A stretch of 24,340 nt of DNA from Candidatus Saccharimonadales bacterium (GCA_038199095.1 JBBPZG010000108.1:1-24340); one strand, 5' to 3'. Shown: positions 1-9,158, counted from the first letter of the stretch. A program made the numbers and translations. The notes: a model not told the origin generated them from the letters alone.

Positions 1-14
1 AAGCTAGTTGAAGA

Positions 15-29
15 TGCTTATGCTACAAT
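15..29 (+). promoter_or_regulatory. Extended -10 promoter for pilM (TGCTTATGC-TACAAT)
   Basis: TGc-TACAAT at 21-29, 12 nt before the ATG; the same TGCTTATGCT context occurs at 10171-10185. Confidence 0.55.
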
Positions 30-41
30 TAAGGGCAGATT

Positions 42-1082
42 ATGAGTTCACTTTTTAGCGGCAGCACCGACTTTTTTGGCCTGGATATTGGCAGCACGGC
101 TATCCGTTTAGTTGAGCTACGCGGTAGCGGCAGTTCTAAGGCGCTATCCAAATATGCTTACTTGCCAATCGAAAACAACATAGCCCTCAGCGATGCCAAA
201 GGCGACCAGCAGAAGCTAGCCCAAGCCGTCTCCCAGCTGGTGGGGCAGGCTAAGATCAATACCAAGAATGTAGCCGTTGGTTTGCCGTCAGGCCGCGTTT
301 TCACCACGCTGGCCGATGTTGACCGCTTGCCGGCCAATGAACTGGCCAAATCGATCCCTTACCAGGCCGACTCACTCATCCCGACCCCGCTAGCCGAATC
401 TAAGATCGACTGGGCACTGGTAGGTGACTCGCCAAACGACAAGACCAAGCAGGAAATACTGCTCTCCAGTGTGCCGAACAAGTACGTCGAGGACCGGCTG
501 GACCTGCTGGAATCAATCGGCCTGAACGTCATCGCCTTTGAACCTGATAATCTCGCCATGGCCCGCGCCCTGGCGGTAGCCGACGCCGCGCCGCAGCTGC
601 TACTCGACATCGGCCGGCGCTCGACCGACCTGGTTGTGCTGGTCGACGGCGTGCCGCACCTGACGCGCAGCATCCCGACAGGTGTAGAAACCATGGTCAA
701 GGCCGCCATGCAGAACCTTAATATTGACGAAAAGCAGGCTGAGCAGTTCGTGTTCAAGTTTGGGCTGAGCAAAGAAAAGCTGGAGGGCCAGATCTTCCAG
801 TCTATTATCGGTACGATTGATTTGCTGACCTCCGAAATCGAGAAGTCCATTAAGTTTTTCCAGACGCGGTACGATCCGGCTAAAGTCCAGCGCATTGTTG
901 TTACTGGCGGGGCATCGGTCACGCCTGAATTCCCGTTATACCTTGCCAATAAGTTCGGAGTGAATGTCGAGATCGGCAACGCCTGGCGCAATGTCACGTT
1001 CAGCCGGGACCGTCAGAATGAACTATCAGCGATATCAAACCAGTTCGGCGTCGCTGTCGGCCTGGCGGAGCGGACACCATGA
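42..1082 (+). CDS. pilM: Type IV pilus assembly protein PilM (actin-like ATPase)
   Basis: N-terminal FGLDIGSTAIRLVEL and C-terminal IVVTGGAS actin-fold motifs; first gene of the pilMNO order. Confidence 0.92.
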   Translation: MSSLFSGSTDFFGLDIGSTAIRLVELRGSGSSKALSKYAYLPIENNIALSDAKGDQQKLAQAVSQLVGQAKINTKNVAVGLPSGRVFTTLADVDRLPANELAKSIPYQADSLIPTPLAESKIDWALVGDSPNDKTKQEILLSSVPNKYVEDRLDLLESIGLNVIAFEPDNLAMARALAVADAAPQLLLDIGRRSTDLVVLVDGVPHLTRSIPTGVETMVKAAMQNLNIDEKQAEQFVFKFGLSKEKLEGQIFQSIIGTIDLLTSEIEKSIKFFQTRYDPAKVQRIVVTGGASVTPEFPLYLANKFGVNVEIGNAWRNVTFSRDRQNELSAISNQFGVAVGLAERTP

Positions 1083-1090
1083 GGCGTAAT

Positions 1091-1198
1091 CAACAATCAA
1101 CAATCAACAATAAACAGCACCTAAGCCTGGGGGCCAAGAAGCCAGTCAGTGCATTCGCACACAAAGGCTGTTTATTGTTTATTGCTGATTGTTTATTT
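1091..1198. repeat. 7-bp-periodic imperfect hairpin (CAACAAT x3 ... TTTATTG-type units)
   Basis: CAACAAT tandem at 1091-1111; CAATAAACAGC (1108-1118) is perfectly inverted at GCTGTTTATTG (1167-1177). Confidence 0.8.
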
Positions 1199-1218
1199 GC
1201 AAGAGTGGAGCGCACACT

Positions 1219-1926
1219 ATGATTCAGCTGAATCTGCTGCCTGACGTGAAGCTGGAATACATCAAGGCCCAGCGCCAACGCCGCCTGGTACTGAGTATCT
1301 CGGCCCTGGCCAGCGTGTTTGCCATAGTTTTGCTTGGAGTATTACTGACCATTAGCGGCATCCAGAGAAAACACTTGAGTGACGTCAGCCGCGACATTGC
1401 CTCAGAAAGCAGCCAGCTGCGCGCCAAACCCGACATCAACAAGATCCTGACCGTGCAGAACCACTTAGAGAGTCTAACGGCGCTACATGCCGCCAAACCG
1501 GCCGCCTCCAACCTCTTTGACTACCTGAACCAGGTCACGCCGGCCAAAGTAGGCATTACGTCGTTTAATATTGATTTTACCCAGCAGACCGCTACGATTA
1601 CCGGCACCGCCGACGCCCTAAGTAGTGTGAACAAGTACGTCGACACCCTCAAGTACACCAAATACACTACCGATTCCGGCAGCGACGGGCAGACGGCGTT
1701 CAGCAACGTTGTGCTGACGAGCTTCCAGGTTGACGGCAGCAGTAAAGATGCCGGCCAGTCGGCCTCGTATACGATCACCATAGCCTACGACAAGACCATA
1801 TTTGATATTACCCAAAAGATTAAGCTTGCCGTGCCTAATCTAACGACGACTCGGACGGAATCCGGCCAACCGACAGATCTATTCAGATCTCCGACCAACA
1901 CTCCAAGTAGTAGGAGCAAGCCATGA
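1219..1926 (+). CDS. pilN: PilN-like fimbrial assembly protein
   Basis: MIQLNLLP N-terminus typical of PilN, single TM segment, follows pilM; start moved to ATG 1219 with GGAG at 1207-1210. Confidence 0.82.
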   Translation: MIQLNLLPDVKLEYIKAQRQRRLVLSISALASVFAIVLLGVLLTISGIQRKHLSDVSRDIASESSQLRAKPDINKILTVQNHLESLTALHAAKPAASNLFDYLNQVTPAKVGITSFNIDFTQQTATITGTADALSSVNKYVDTLKYTKYTTDSGSDGQTAFSNVVLTSFQVDGSSKDAGQSASYTITIAYDKTIFDITQKIKLAVPNLTTTRTESGQPTDLFRSPTNTPSSRSKP

Positions 1927-2073
1927 GCAGCAATAGCAACAAGCAGAGAATAGTGAACAACGGACAGGCTTCACTAGCGTATAGCTTGGCTGGCTGCCGG
2001 GTGCTTAGGCACGGGAGCCGTTCAATGCTCTTTGCCCTTTGCTCATTAGACGCCCCGAATGGAGGCAAATAAG

Positions 2074-2751
2074 ATGGCGAATTTGGAAATATCCACCAAG
2101 CGCGTAGCTATCAGCAAGGCTAATGCCCAGATGGTAGCCGTCGTAGCCGTCGCCTCGTTTGTGACAATCTTTTGCCTGGTAGCCGCAAGCGCGGTGTTCA
2201 GCCAGGTGCGCTACCAGGGCAGGGTGTCCACGGCCAAGGAAAAGGCCCACGCCCAACTGCAAAAGAACCTCCAGGCTTTTGACAGTTTGGTAAGCGCCTA
2301 CAAAGACTTTGACTCCAGCTCCACCAACGTCATTAACGGCAAGGCCGATGGCAGCGGTGATAACGACGGCCCTAATTCGAAGATTATCCTGGACGCACTG
2401 CCGAGTACCTATGATTTCCCGGCATTGGCATCGAGCGTCGAAAAGATCCTGGGCGACCGCAATTTAGCGATCAGCAACATCACCGGTACCGATGACCAGC
2501 TCAACCAGCAGTCCAATACCTCCAGCCCGACACCGCAACCTGTTAGTATTCCGTTTTCTTTTACCGTGATTAACGCTAATTACGCATCGGTCAGCCAGAT
2601 TACCACCGCCTTGCAGCAGTCTATCCGCCCGATCCAAGTCGATACCTTGGACATCAGCGGTGGCGGTAACAGTATAGTAATAACGGTCAATGCTCATACG
2701 GACTACCAACCGGCTAAAAGCCTCACCATCACCAAGAAGGTCATCAAATGA
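2074..2751 (+). CDS. pilO: PilO-like assembly protein
   Basis: Single N-terminal TM, coiled segment, LP...DFPAL motif, position after pilN; GGAGG at 2061-2065 favours ATG 2074. Confidence 0.65.
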   Translation: MANLEISTKRVAISKANAQMVAVVAVASFVTIFCLVAASAVFSQVRYQGRVSTAKEKAHAQLQKNLQAFDSLVSAYKDFDSSSTNVINGKADGSGDNDGPNSKIILDALPSTYDFPALASSVEKILGDRNLAISNITGTDDQLNQQSNTSSPTPQPVSIPFSFTVINANYASVSQITTALQQSIRPIQVDTLDISGGGNSIVITVNAHTDYQPAKSLTITKKVIK

Positions 2752-2772
2752 TTTACGCCGTAAATCATTTTA

Positions 2773-2867
2773 AGCCCGTAGCCCGTAGCTATTGGCCCGT
2801 AGCCGCTGCAGTAAAGCTGTACACCGGCGGTGCTCGGCTACGAGCTAATAGCTACGGGCTAACAGCT
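2773..2867. repeat. GCCCGTAG-family hairpin element, copy 1
   Basis: Left arm AGCCCGTAGCCCGTAGCTATTGGCCCGTAGCCG and inverted right arm CGGCTACGAGCTAATAGCTACGGGCT. Confidence 0.85.
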
Positions 2868-2887
2868 AAAATTCCCGGAGGAATTTT

Positions 2888-3139
2888 ATGAAGCGAAAAG
2901 ACATCGCCCTCATCATAGTCATCGTATTTATTAGTGCCATCCTGTCGCTGTTCGTGTCGAAAGCTATTTTTGCGACCCCCAAGAACCGTCACCAGGAAGT
3001 CGAAGTGGTCCAGCCGATTACCGCTGACTTCCCGCAGCCCGATAAGCGCTACTTCAACAGCAGCTCGTTTGACCCGACCAAACTGATTACAATTGGCCAG
3101 AACGCCAACCCTGATCCGTTTAGCGGCAACGCGCAATAG
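2888..3139 (+). CDS. Small membrane-anchored pilus-locus protein (hypothetical)
   Basis: 83 aa with an N-terminal hydrophobic helix, GGAGG upstream, between pilO and pilB. Confidence 0.75.
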   Translation: MKRKDIALIIVIVFISAILSLFVSKAIFATPKNRHQEVEVVQPITADFPQPDKRYFNSSSFDPTKLITIGQNANPDPFSGNAQ

Positions 3140-3186
3140 GAGGCACGTGTGTCCACAAAACAAACAATCCGTAACTTTAAGCTCAT

Positions 3187-3274
3187 AGCCCGTAGCTCCT
3201 GGCCCGTAGCCGCTACAGTAAGTCTGCGCACCTGCGGTGCTCGGCTCCGAACTAGGAGCTACGGGCTACGAGCT
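3187..3274. repeat. GCCCGTAG-family hairpin element, copy 2
   Basis: Arms and loop (GCCGCT(G/A)CAGTAA...CACC.GCGGTGCTCGGCT) are shared with copy 1. Confidence 0.85.
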
Positions 3275-3294
3275 GGTTTTTCCGGAGGAAAAGC

Positions 3295-5100
3295 GTGAGC
3301 GTGTTGACAGCCACCAGCGGCCAGCAGCTCGAAGACGCGCTGGTTTCGGGCGGCATGCTGGGCGCCGACAAGCTGGCTGAAGCCAAGGCAGCTGCCGAAG
3401 CCCTGCATGAACCGATCATCAGTTATCTGGTCAAGAACAGCCTCATTAGTGACGAACAGCTCACCAAAGCCAATGCCGCGATTACCGGTATGCCGTATGT
3501 TAACCTGATGGCGGCCCGGATTGAACCCGAGATTCTCAAACTGTTACCGCAAGAAGTCGCCGAACGCTACATGGCGGTTCCGCTCGGCGAAATGCAGCAT
3601 AAGCTGGTGGTGGCCATGCTCGATGCCAATAATGTCCAGGCCGTCGACTTTTTGAGTAACCGTATTGCCCGGCCACTTAAAGTCTATGTAGCCAGCGAGG
3701 CCGGTATCCGCCAGATACTCAGGCAGTACAGCGCCCGGCTCGATGACCAGATGGAGGCCGCGCTCAAAAGTGTTGATAGCAATATGGCCCAGGAAGACAG
3801 CGATGCCAAGGACGGCAAATCGTCCAGGGGGCACAAAGATATCAAGACCATTGTCCAGGATTCGCCGATCAGCAAAGCGCTGTCGGCAATACTGGAGTTT
3901 GCTGCCCGCAACCGCGCCAGTGACGTGCACATAGAGCCGATGGAAAAGGTGCTGAAAGTGCGTTGCCGCGTCGACGGCGTACTGCGCGAGATCATGCGCC
4001 TGCCCAAAAGCACCGAGCCCGCCTTGATTTCCCGCGTGAAGATCTTATCGAATTTGAAGATTGACGAGCACCGGACTCCCCAGGACGGCAGTTTTACCGT
4101 CTTAGTCGATGGTAAGCCAATTGACCTGCGTATTGCCATCGCGCCGATCGTTTGGGGTGAGCAGGTGGTCATCCGGCTGCTCGACAAGACGGGCACCTCG
4201 CTGAAACTCGAGGATATGGGCTATGCCGGCCGGGCGCTGCGCACCATCCGCAAAGGCCTGGAGCGCCCCAATGGCATGATCCTGACCAGCGGCCCGACGG
4301 GTTCCGGTAAGTCGACCTCGCTCTACGCGCTTATCCAGGAAATTGTTAATGACACAATCAATATCGTCACCCTGGAAGACCCGGTCGAGTATAAGATGGA
4401 TGGCATCAACCAGATCCAGGTCAACCCGGAGGTCGGCCTGACCTTTGCAACGGGACTGCGCAGTATCCTGCGACAGGATCCCGACGTCGTGATGGTGGGG
4501 GAGATCCGCGACAAAGAGACTGCCCAACTAGCCGTGCAGGCTGCCCTGACGGGCCACTTGGTGTTTAGCACGCTGCATACCAACAGCGCCGCCGGCATCC
4601 TGCCGCGCCTGCTGAATATGGGTGTCGAGCCCTTCCTGATTGCCAGCACGGTGCACACCGTGATTGGCCAGCGCCTGGTCCGCCGGGTAGGCGCCACCAG
4701 CAAACAAACCTACCAGTCGACAGTTCCCGAAACCGCCGCTATCAAGGCTACACTGGGCACGTTACTGCCGGCAGATGCCGCCCATGCCGCAGCGGTCAGC
4801 CAGGACCTGGGTTATAATAACTTGCCCTTGGCTGGTGATACCGCTTATACTTTAACCAAGGGCGTAGATACGCCTGATGCGCCAAACGGCTTCCGGGGCC
4901 GTATGGGACTCTATGAAGTCTTTGAAATATCAGAGGCAATCCAGGCATTAATTATGAAACAATCAACTTCCAGCCAAATCGAACGCGCCGCCCAGGCAGA
5001 GGGCATGGTAACCATGCGCCAGGACGGCTACCTGAAGGCTCTGGAGGGCAAAACGACCTTGGCAGAAGTCAACCGCGTGGCGGCGGAGGACAACGCATGA
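3295..5100 (+). CDS. pilB: Type IV pilus extension ATPase PilB (GspE/PulE family)
   Basis: Walker A GPTGSGKST, TLEDPVEY, LRQDPDVVMVGEIRD, LHTNSA motifs; N-terminal MshEN-like region; GTG start with GGAGG at 3284-3288. Confidence 0.93.
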   Translation: MSVLTATSGQQLEDALVSGGMLGADKLAEAKAAAEALHEPIISYLVKNSLISDEQLTKANAAITGMPYVNLMAARIEPEILKLLPQEVAERYMAVPLGEMQHKLVVAMLDANNVQAVDFLSNRIARPLKVYVASEAGIRQILRQYSARLDDQMEAALKSVDSNMAQEDSDAKDGKSSRGHKDIKTIVQDSPISKALSAILEFAARNRASDVHIEPMEKVLKVRCRVDGVLREIMRLPKSTEPALISRVKILSNLKIDEHRTPQDGSFTVLVDGKPIDLRIAIAPIVWGEQVVIRLLDKTGTSLKLEDMGYAGRALRTIRKGLERPNGMILTSGPTGSGKSTSLYALIQEIVNDTINIVTLEDPVEYKMDGINQIQVNPEVGLTFATGLRSILRQDPDVVMVGEIRDKETAQLAVQAALTGHLVFSTLHTNSAAGILPRLLNMGVEPFLIASTVHTVIGQRLVRRVGATSKQTYQSTVPETAAIKATLGTLLPADAAHAAAVSQDLGYNNLPLAGDTAYTLTKGVDTPDAPNGFRGRMGLYEVFEISEAIQALIMKQSTSSQIERAAQAEGMVTMRQDGYLKALEGKTTLAEVNRVAAEDNA

Positions 5101-5104
5101 TGAA

Positions 5105-5180
5105 TAGTTATCAGTATTCTGTTATCAGTGACCCGTCTCGTGCCTCAAAGCCTACAGATTACAGACAACGGATTACCGAC
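5105..5180. repeat. Degenerate 7-bp-periodic element (GTTATCAGT / ACAGATT type)
   Basis: Repeated GTTATCAGT and TACAGA units; related to 6285-6352. Confidence 0.55.
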
Positions 5181-5200
5181 AACATAGAAGGGGTGGGGAT

Positions 5201-6271
5201 ATGAGCACAACACAACCAAGGATCGAAGTGTTACTCGATGAAGTTATTAAGAAGAAGGCTTCCGACCTCCACATCCAGGTCGGACTACCGCCAATGCTTC
5301 GCGTAGATGGGGCGTTAGTAGGCGTTACAGGCGCCGACCAGCTGGATGAAGAGGCTGTCGAAGCGCTGATTTTCTCAATTTTGGATGAAGACCAAAAGCA
5401 GATACTGCTTAAAGACAAAGAATTTGACTTTAGCTTTGCTTACGGCGAACTGGGACGTTTCCGCGTCAACGCCTTCCATGAGCGGGGCAATATGGCGGCG
5501 GCCCTGCGGCTTATCCCTAACGAGCTGCTAACGATCGAACAGCTCGGCCTGCCGCAGATAGTCAATAAATTTGCCGACTTCCCGCGTGGTTTAGTGCTGG
5601 TGACCGGCCCGACCGGTTCTGGTAAGTCAACTTCGCTGGCAGCTTTGGTGCACAAGATTAATACCGAGCAGAGCAAGCACATCATTACCATCGAAGACCC
5701 CATCGAGTTTACCCATAAATCGCATAAATCGGTTATCGTCCAGCGCGAAGTCCATTACGACACCTACTCGTTCAGTGCCGCCCTGCGCTCAGCCCTCCGC
5801 GAGGATCCGGATGTAGTCCTGGTTGGTGAGATGCGCGACCTGGAGACGATTGCCAGCGCCATCACTATTGCCGAAACCGGGCACCTGGTCTTCGCCACGC
5901 TGCATACTAATAGCGCCTCTCAGAGTATCGACCGTATGATCGATGTTTTTCCGCCTCACCAGCAGCCGCAGATCCGGGCCCAGCTGTCGAATATCCTTAT
6001 GGCTATCGTGTCACAGCGCCTGGTGCCGTCGATTGGCGGTGGCCGTATTGCCGCAGCCGAGATCTTGATTGCGACGCCGGCAGTACGCAACATCATCCGT
6101 GAAGGCAAGAGCCACCAGCTGGAGGCCGTTATCCAAACTGGCGCCGAGTTCGGTATGCAATCCATGGACAGGCAATTGGTAACCCTGATTCATGAAGGCA
6201 GCATTACTTACGATGAAGCCCGGAACTTTGCCGTCGATATGGATGAACTCGACAGATTGATGAGGACCTAA
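5201..6271 (+). CDS. pilT: Retraction ATPase PilT
   Basis: GPTGSGKST, ITIEDPIEF, ALRSALREDPD and AVRNIIRE (AIRNLIRE-like) motifs. Confidence 0.95.
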   Translation: MSTTQPRIEVLLDEVIKKKASDLHIQVGLPPMLRVDGALVGVTGADQLDEEAVEALIFSILDEDQKQILLKDKEFDFSFAYGELGRFRVNAFHERGNMAAALRLIPNELLTIEQLGLPQIVNKFADFPRGLVLVTGPTGSGKSTSLAALVHKINTEQSKHIITIEDPIEFTHKSHKSVIVQREVHYDTYSFSAALRSALREDPDVVLVGEMRDLETIASAITIAETGHLVFATLHTNSASQSIDRMIDVFPPHQQPQIRAQLSNILMAIVSQRLVPSIGGGRIAAAEILIATPAVRNIIREGKSHQLEAVIQTGAEFGMQSMDRQLVTLIHEGSITYDEARNFAVDMDELDRLMRT

Positions 6272-6284
6272 AATATGAGTACCC

Positions 6285-6352
6285 AGTTATCCGTTAGCAG
6301 TGACCAGTTGTCTGTAGGCTTACAGATCACTGACTACAGATCACGGATAACT
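6285..6352. repeat. Hairpin element preceding the pilC RBS
   Basis: AGTTATCCGT ... ACGGATAACT perfect 10-bp inverted ends with internal periodic units; followed by CCGGAGG and ATG 6370. Confidence 0.7.
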
Positions 6353-6369
6353 TGTACCGGAGGTGCGCC

Positions 6370-7584
6370 ATGTTAACGTACAATTACGAAGCCAAAAACG
6401 CCAAAACCGGCCAGAAAGTAAAAGCCCAGGTTCAAGCCGACAATGAACAATCTGCTGCTAAGTTGCTGTATGGCCAAGGCCTGACACCACTCAGCATCAA
6501 GCTCGAAAAAAGCAACAGCGGCGGCCGGTTCCACCGTATCAAAACCAAAGACAAAGTGCTCTTTAGTCGTCAAATGTCGACCCTGATCAATGCTGGCTTG
6601 CCGCTGGTGCAGAGTTTGCGCAGCGTGGGTACCCAGACAACCAATAAGGCGTTCCGGGTGGTTATTAACCAGCTAATTGCGGATGTGGAAGCAGGCATCT
6701 CATTCGGTGCGGCTTTAGAAAAACACCCTAAAGTCTTTAACCGCGTTTACGTCAGTCTAGTGGCTGCCGGCGAAGCATCCGGTACGCTCGACGCCGGCCT
6801 GGAACGCCTGGCCGACCAGCAGGAAAAAGACGCCGATATCGTCAGTAAAGTCCGCGGCGCCATGATCTACCCGCTGATCATTTTGCTGGTTATGACAGCG
6901 GTTGTCGGCTTTATGATCGTCAAGGTCCTGCCGCAGGTGCAAAGCATCTACGCCGGCTTACCCGGCGCGTCACTGCCGCTCGTTACCCGGCTTCTGCTGG
7001 CTGTCTCGCACTTTGTCACGCACTTTTGGTGGATAGTGCTGATTATGCTCGGTTTAGCCGTCTTCTTCGGTTCCCGCTGGGCGCGCACGCTAGGGGGGCG
7101 CTCCCTGATCGATAGGGCAAAGATGAAGAGCTGGCCGATTAGCAACCTGTTTATGAAGATGTACATGGCCCGCTTTGCCCGTACCGGCACCACGCTCGTG
7201 GCCAGCGGCGTACCGTTGCTCCAGGTGATAGAAATTACCGCCGAAGCCGTCGATAACGTCCATATCGCCAAATCACTGCGCAAGGCCTCCGAGAAGGTAA
7301 AGGGCGGCAAGTCGCTCTCCGAATCGCTGGCCAACGACCCGAACTTCTTAGAGTTAGTCCCTAACATGCTGAGCATCGGCGAATCCTCCGGTGCCATGGA
7401 AACCATGATGGCCAAAGTAGCCGACTACTACGAAAAAGAGGTCGATAACGAAATTAAAGCGATCAGCACCATTATCGAGCCGGTCATGATGGTACTGATG
7501 GGTATTGTGGCCATCACTATCGTCGCCGCCATCTTGCTGCCTATTTACGGGCTGGTCAACCAATCCGGCTTTAGCGGCAGCTAG
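6370..7584 (+). CDS. pilC: Type IV pilus platform protein PilC (GspF family)
   Basis: FSRQMSTLINAGLPL, GEASGTLD, AMIYP and EPVMMV motifs; ATG 6370 with GGAGG at 6359-6363. Confidence 0.93.
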   Translation: MLTYNYEAKNAKTGQKVKAQVQADNEQSAAKLLYGQGLTPLSIKLEKSNSGGRFHRIKTKDKVLFSRQMSTLINAGLPLVQSLRSVGTQTTNKAFRVVINQLIADVEAGISFGAALEKHPKVFNRVYVSLVAAGEASGTLDAGLERLADQQEKDADIVSKVRGAMIYPLIILLVMTAVVGFMIVKVLPQVQSIYAGLPGASLPLVTRLLLAVSHFVTHFWWIVLIMLGLAVFFGSRWARTLGGRSLIDRAKMKSWPISNLFMKMYMARFARTGTTLVASGVPLLQVIEITAEAVDNVHIAKSLRKASEKVKGGKSLSESLANDPNFLELVPNMLSIGESSGAMETMMAKVADYYEKEVDNEIKAISTIIEPVMMVLMGIVAITIVAAILLPIYGLVNQSGFSGS

Positions 7585-7592
7585 CACAGCTT

Positions 7593-7630
7593 AGCCCGTA
7601 GTCCGTAGCTGTTAGCCCGTAGCCGCGGCA
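7593..7630. repeat. 38-bp inverted repeat, left arm, flanking the TA module
   Basis: Reverse complement matches 8408-8445 at 37 of 38 positions. Confidence 0.9.
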
Positions 7631-7720
7631 ATAGCGGCAATATTCTTGAGTTAACCTTTGCTTAATTTGTGAATGATACGCTGGCGTGTATGGCAGTCGC
7701 AACATTTCGTGACGCGGGTT

Positions 7721-8053
7721 CTAAAGTTTTAGTAGCTCCTTTAAAGCCTGGAGTAAATTATGTTGGTCCCTTGTGCTCAATACGCCGAGTTGGCTGGTTA
7801 GATCTGCTTGCAGAACAGCAGTCAGACGGTGAACGCGGGCGACCGAAGGCTTTATCAATCCATCAGCTTGCCAATCTTGTAACACCATATCGACCGCTGC
7901 CAGCGTACCTTTTGACGACACTGGCTCTACGGTAACAATATTGTGTTGGCCATGCGGCTTGCTGACAACGATGACCGGCCGGATTTTGTCTTGATTGGTA
8001 TCTAAAAATGGAAACCTGGCAGTGTAGACACCAAATAAAGAGGCTACGCTCAC
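7721..8053 (-). CDS. PemK/MazF-like toxin
   Basis: FPFLD...KIRPVIVVS and DW..DGL.KPS.ARV..L...LG.LS..D pattern of PemK-like endoribonucleases; 110 aa; 4-bp overlap with the upstream gene. Confidence 0.75.
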   Translation of the reverse strand: MSVASLFGVYTARFPFLDTNQDKIRPVIVVSKPHGQHNIVTVEPVSSKGTLAAVDMVLQDWQADGLIKPSVARVHRLTAVLQADLTSQLGVLSTRDQHNLLQALKELLKL

Positions 8054-8316
8054 AAAAACCTCACCTTTTTACCCATATCAGCCGTGTACACGTCCTCGGC
8101 CTGATCACCCAAATAATCTTTGCCAACTGCATAAGCTGAACTCTGGCGAGTCTCTTCGCGCTCTGTTTCTTCATGTTCCCGGATGATTTTAGACAGTCCA
8201 AGCTTCAGAATCTCGGGTTCTGAGAGTGTCGGATACAGTTTTTTGGCCCGCGCAAAAGCCCGGCTAATATCTTCTGTAACAGATAATCGGATTGCATAAG
8301 CAGGTTGTTTACTCAT
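8050..8316 (-). CDS. Putative antitoxin (ribbon-helix-helix-like N-terminus, acidic C-terminus)
   Basis: 88 aa, directly upstream of and overlapping the PemK-like gene. Confidence 0.62.
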   Translation of the reverse strand: MSKQPAYAIRLSVTEDISRAFARAKKLYPTLSEPEILKLGLSKIIREHEETEREETRQSSAYAVGKDYLGDQAEDVYTADMGKKVRFL

Positions 8317-8407
8317 AGTTTAAAACTATATAGCACTAACTGTCACACTACAACAGATACTGCTAGGTGCTGGATTAGAGCCCGTAGTTGTTAACCCGCA
8401 GGCGAAG

Positions 8408-8445
8408 TGCCGCGGCTACGGGCTAATAGCTACGGACTACGGGCT
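8408..8445. repeat. 38-bp inverted repeat, right arm, flanking the TA module
   Basis: TGCCGCGGCTACGGGCTAATAGCTACGGACTACGGGCT; a degenerate left arm lies just before it at 8379-8404. Confidence 0.9.
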
Positions 8446-8549
8446 CAGGGGCTTGTGGATAAGTCAGAGAAGTAGCTTGCTTTTTAGAGGATGAGCGGTT
8501 ATCATCAAACCATAAGCACTAAAATTTAGCAGCAAAGGGGGCATTTGTA

Positions 8550-9104
8550 ATGCTTAACAAGTTAAAGAAATCTAACAGCGAGAGACTCACCACCTCTTCG
8601 TCTAAGTCGCAAAAGGGCTTCACCATTATCGAGGTGATGATCGTGCTGGCTATCGCCGGACTGATCCTCTTAATCGTCTTCCTGGCCGTCCCGGCCTTGC
8701 AGCGTAACGCCAGAAACACCCAGCGCAAGAATGATGTTGCGGGAGTTCTGGGAGCAGTCAGTACTTATATCTCAAACAATAATGGTAATGCTCCAAGAAG
8801 TGTTGGTACTGGCTCAAACGCAAATGAACTTAAGGTATGCGGTGTTAACTGTACTTCTGGTGGTAATACAGAGCTTGCCAAGCTTGGCTTTTATTCCTCA
8901 TCACCTACTAACGACATCTCACTAACGAGAACAATACCCGGGGGATTTCCAACTGATTCCAAACTGATTATATTAGTTGGCTATAAATGCCCCTCAGCTG
9001 CAGGAACACTCCCCACTTCAACCGATGTATCAGGCAGGACGGCGGTTGGCCTGTTCGCGCTCGAGTCCGGTTCCGGCACGACGAAAGTCTGCCAAGAGCA
9101 ATAA
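8550..9104 (+). CDS. Major type IV pilin (class III signal peptide)
   Basis: KG|FTIIEVMIVLAIAGLILLIVFLAV with E5; own terminator, between pilC and pilD; four Cys in the globular domain. Confidence 0.88.
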   Translation: MLNKLKKSNSERLTTSSSKSQKGFTIIEVMIVLAIAGLILLIVFLAVPALQRNARNTQRKNDVAGVLGAVSTYISNNNGNAPRSVGTGSNANELKVCGVNCTSGGNTELAKLGFYSSSPTNDISLTRTIPGGFPTDSKLIILVGYKCPSAAGTLPTSTDVSGRTAVGLFALESGSGTTKVCQEQ

Positions 9105-9130
9105 ACCCGGAAACAGGTAGCTATTTGATG

Positions 9131-9158
9131 CAGGTCCCGCAAGGGGCCTGTTTCTTTT
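9131..9158 (+). terminator. Rho-independent terminator after the major pilin
   Basis: CAGGTCCC-GCAA-GGGGCCTG stem-loop followed by TTTCTTTT. Confidence 0.85.

Noticed and set aside
359-997. Long antisense ORF (212 aa) and other shadow ORFs over the pil, xer and foldase genes (e.g. 3684-4196, 6948-7415, 12708-13211, 16657-17175)
   Set aside because: They lie opposite or overlap well-supported genes in GC-rich coding DNA and show no recognisable motifs.
8454-8462. Perfect DnaA box (TGTGGATAA) upstream of the pilin gene
   Set aside because: It is a single copy; about 0.19 occurrences of a given 9-mer are expected by chance on both strands of 24 kb, and there is no cluster or dnaA gene.
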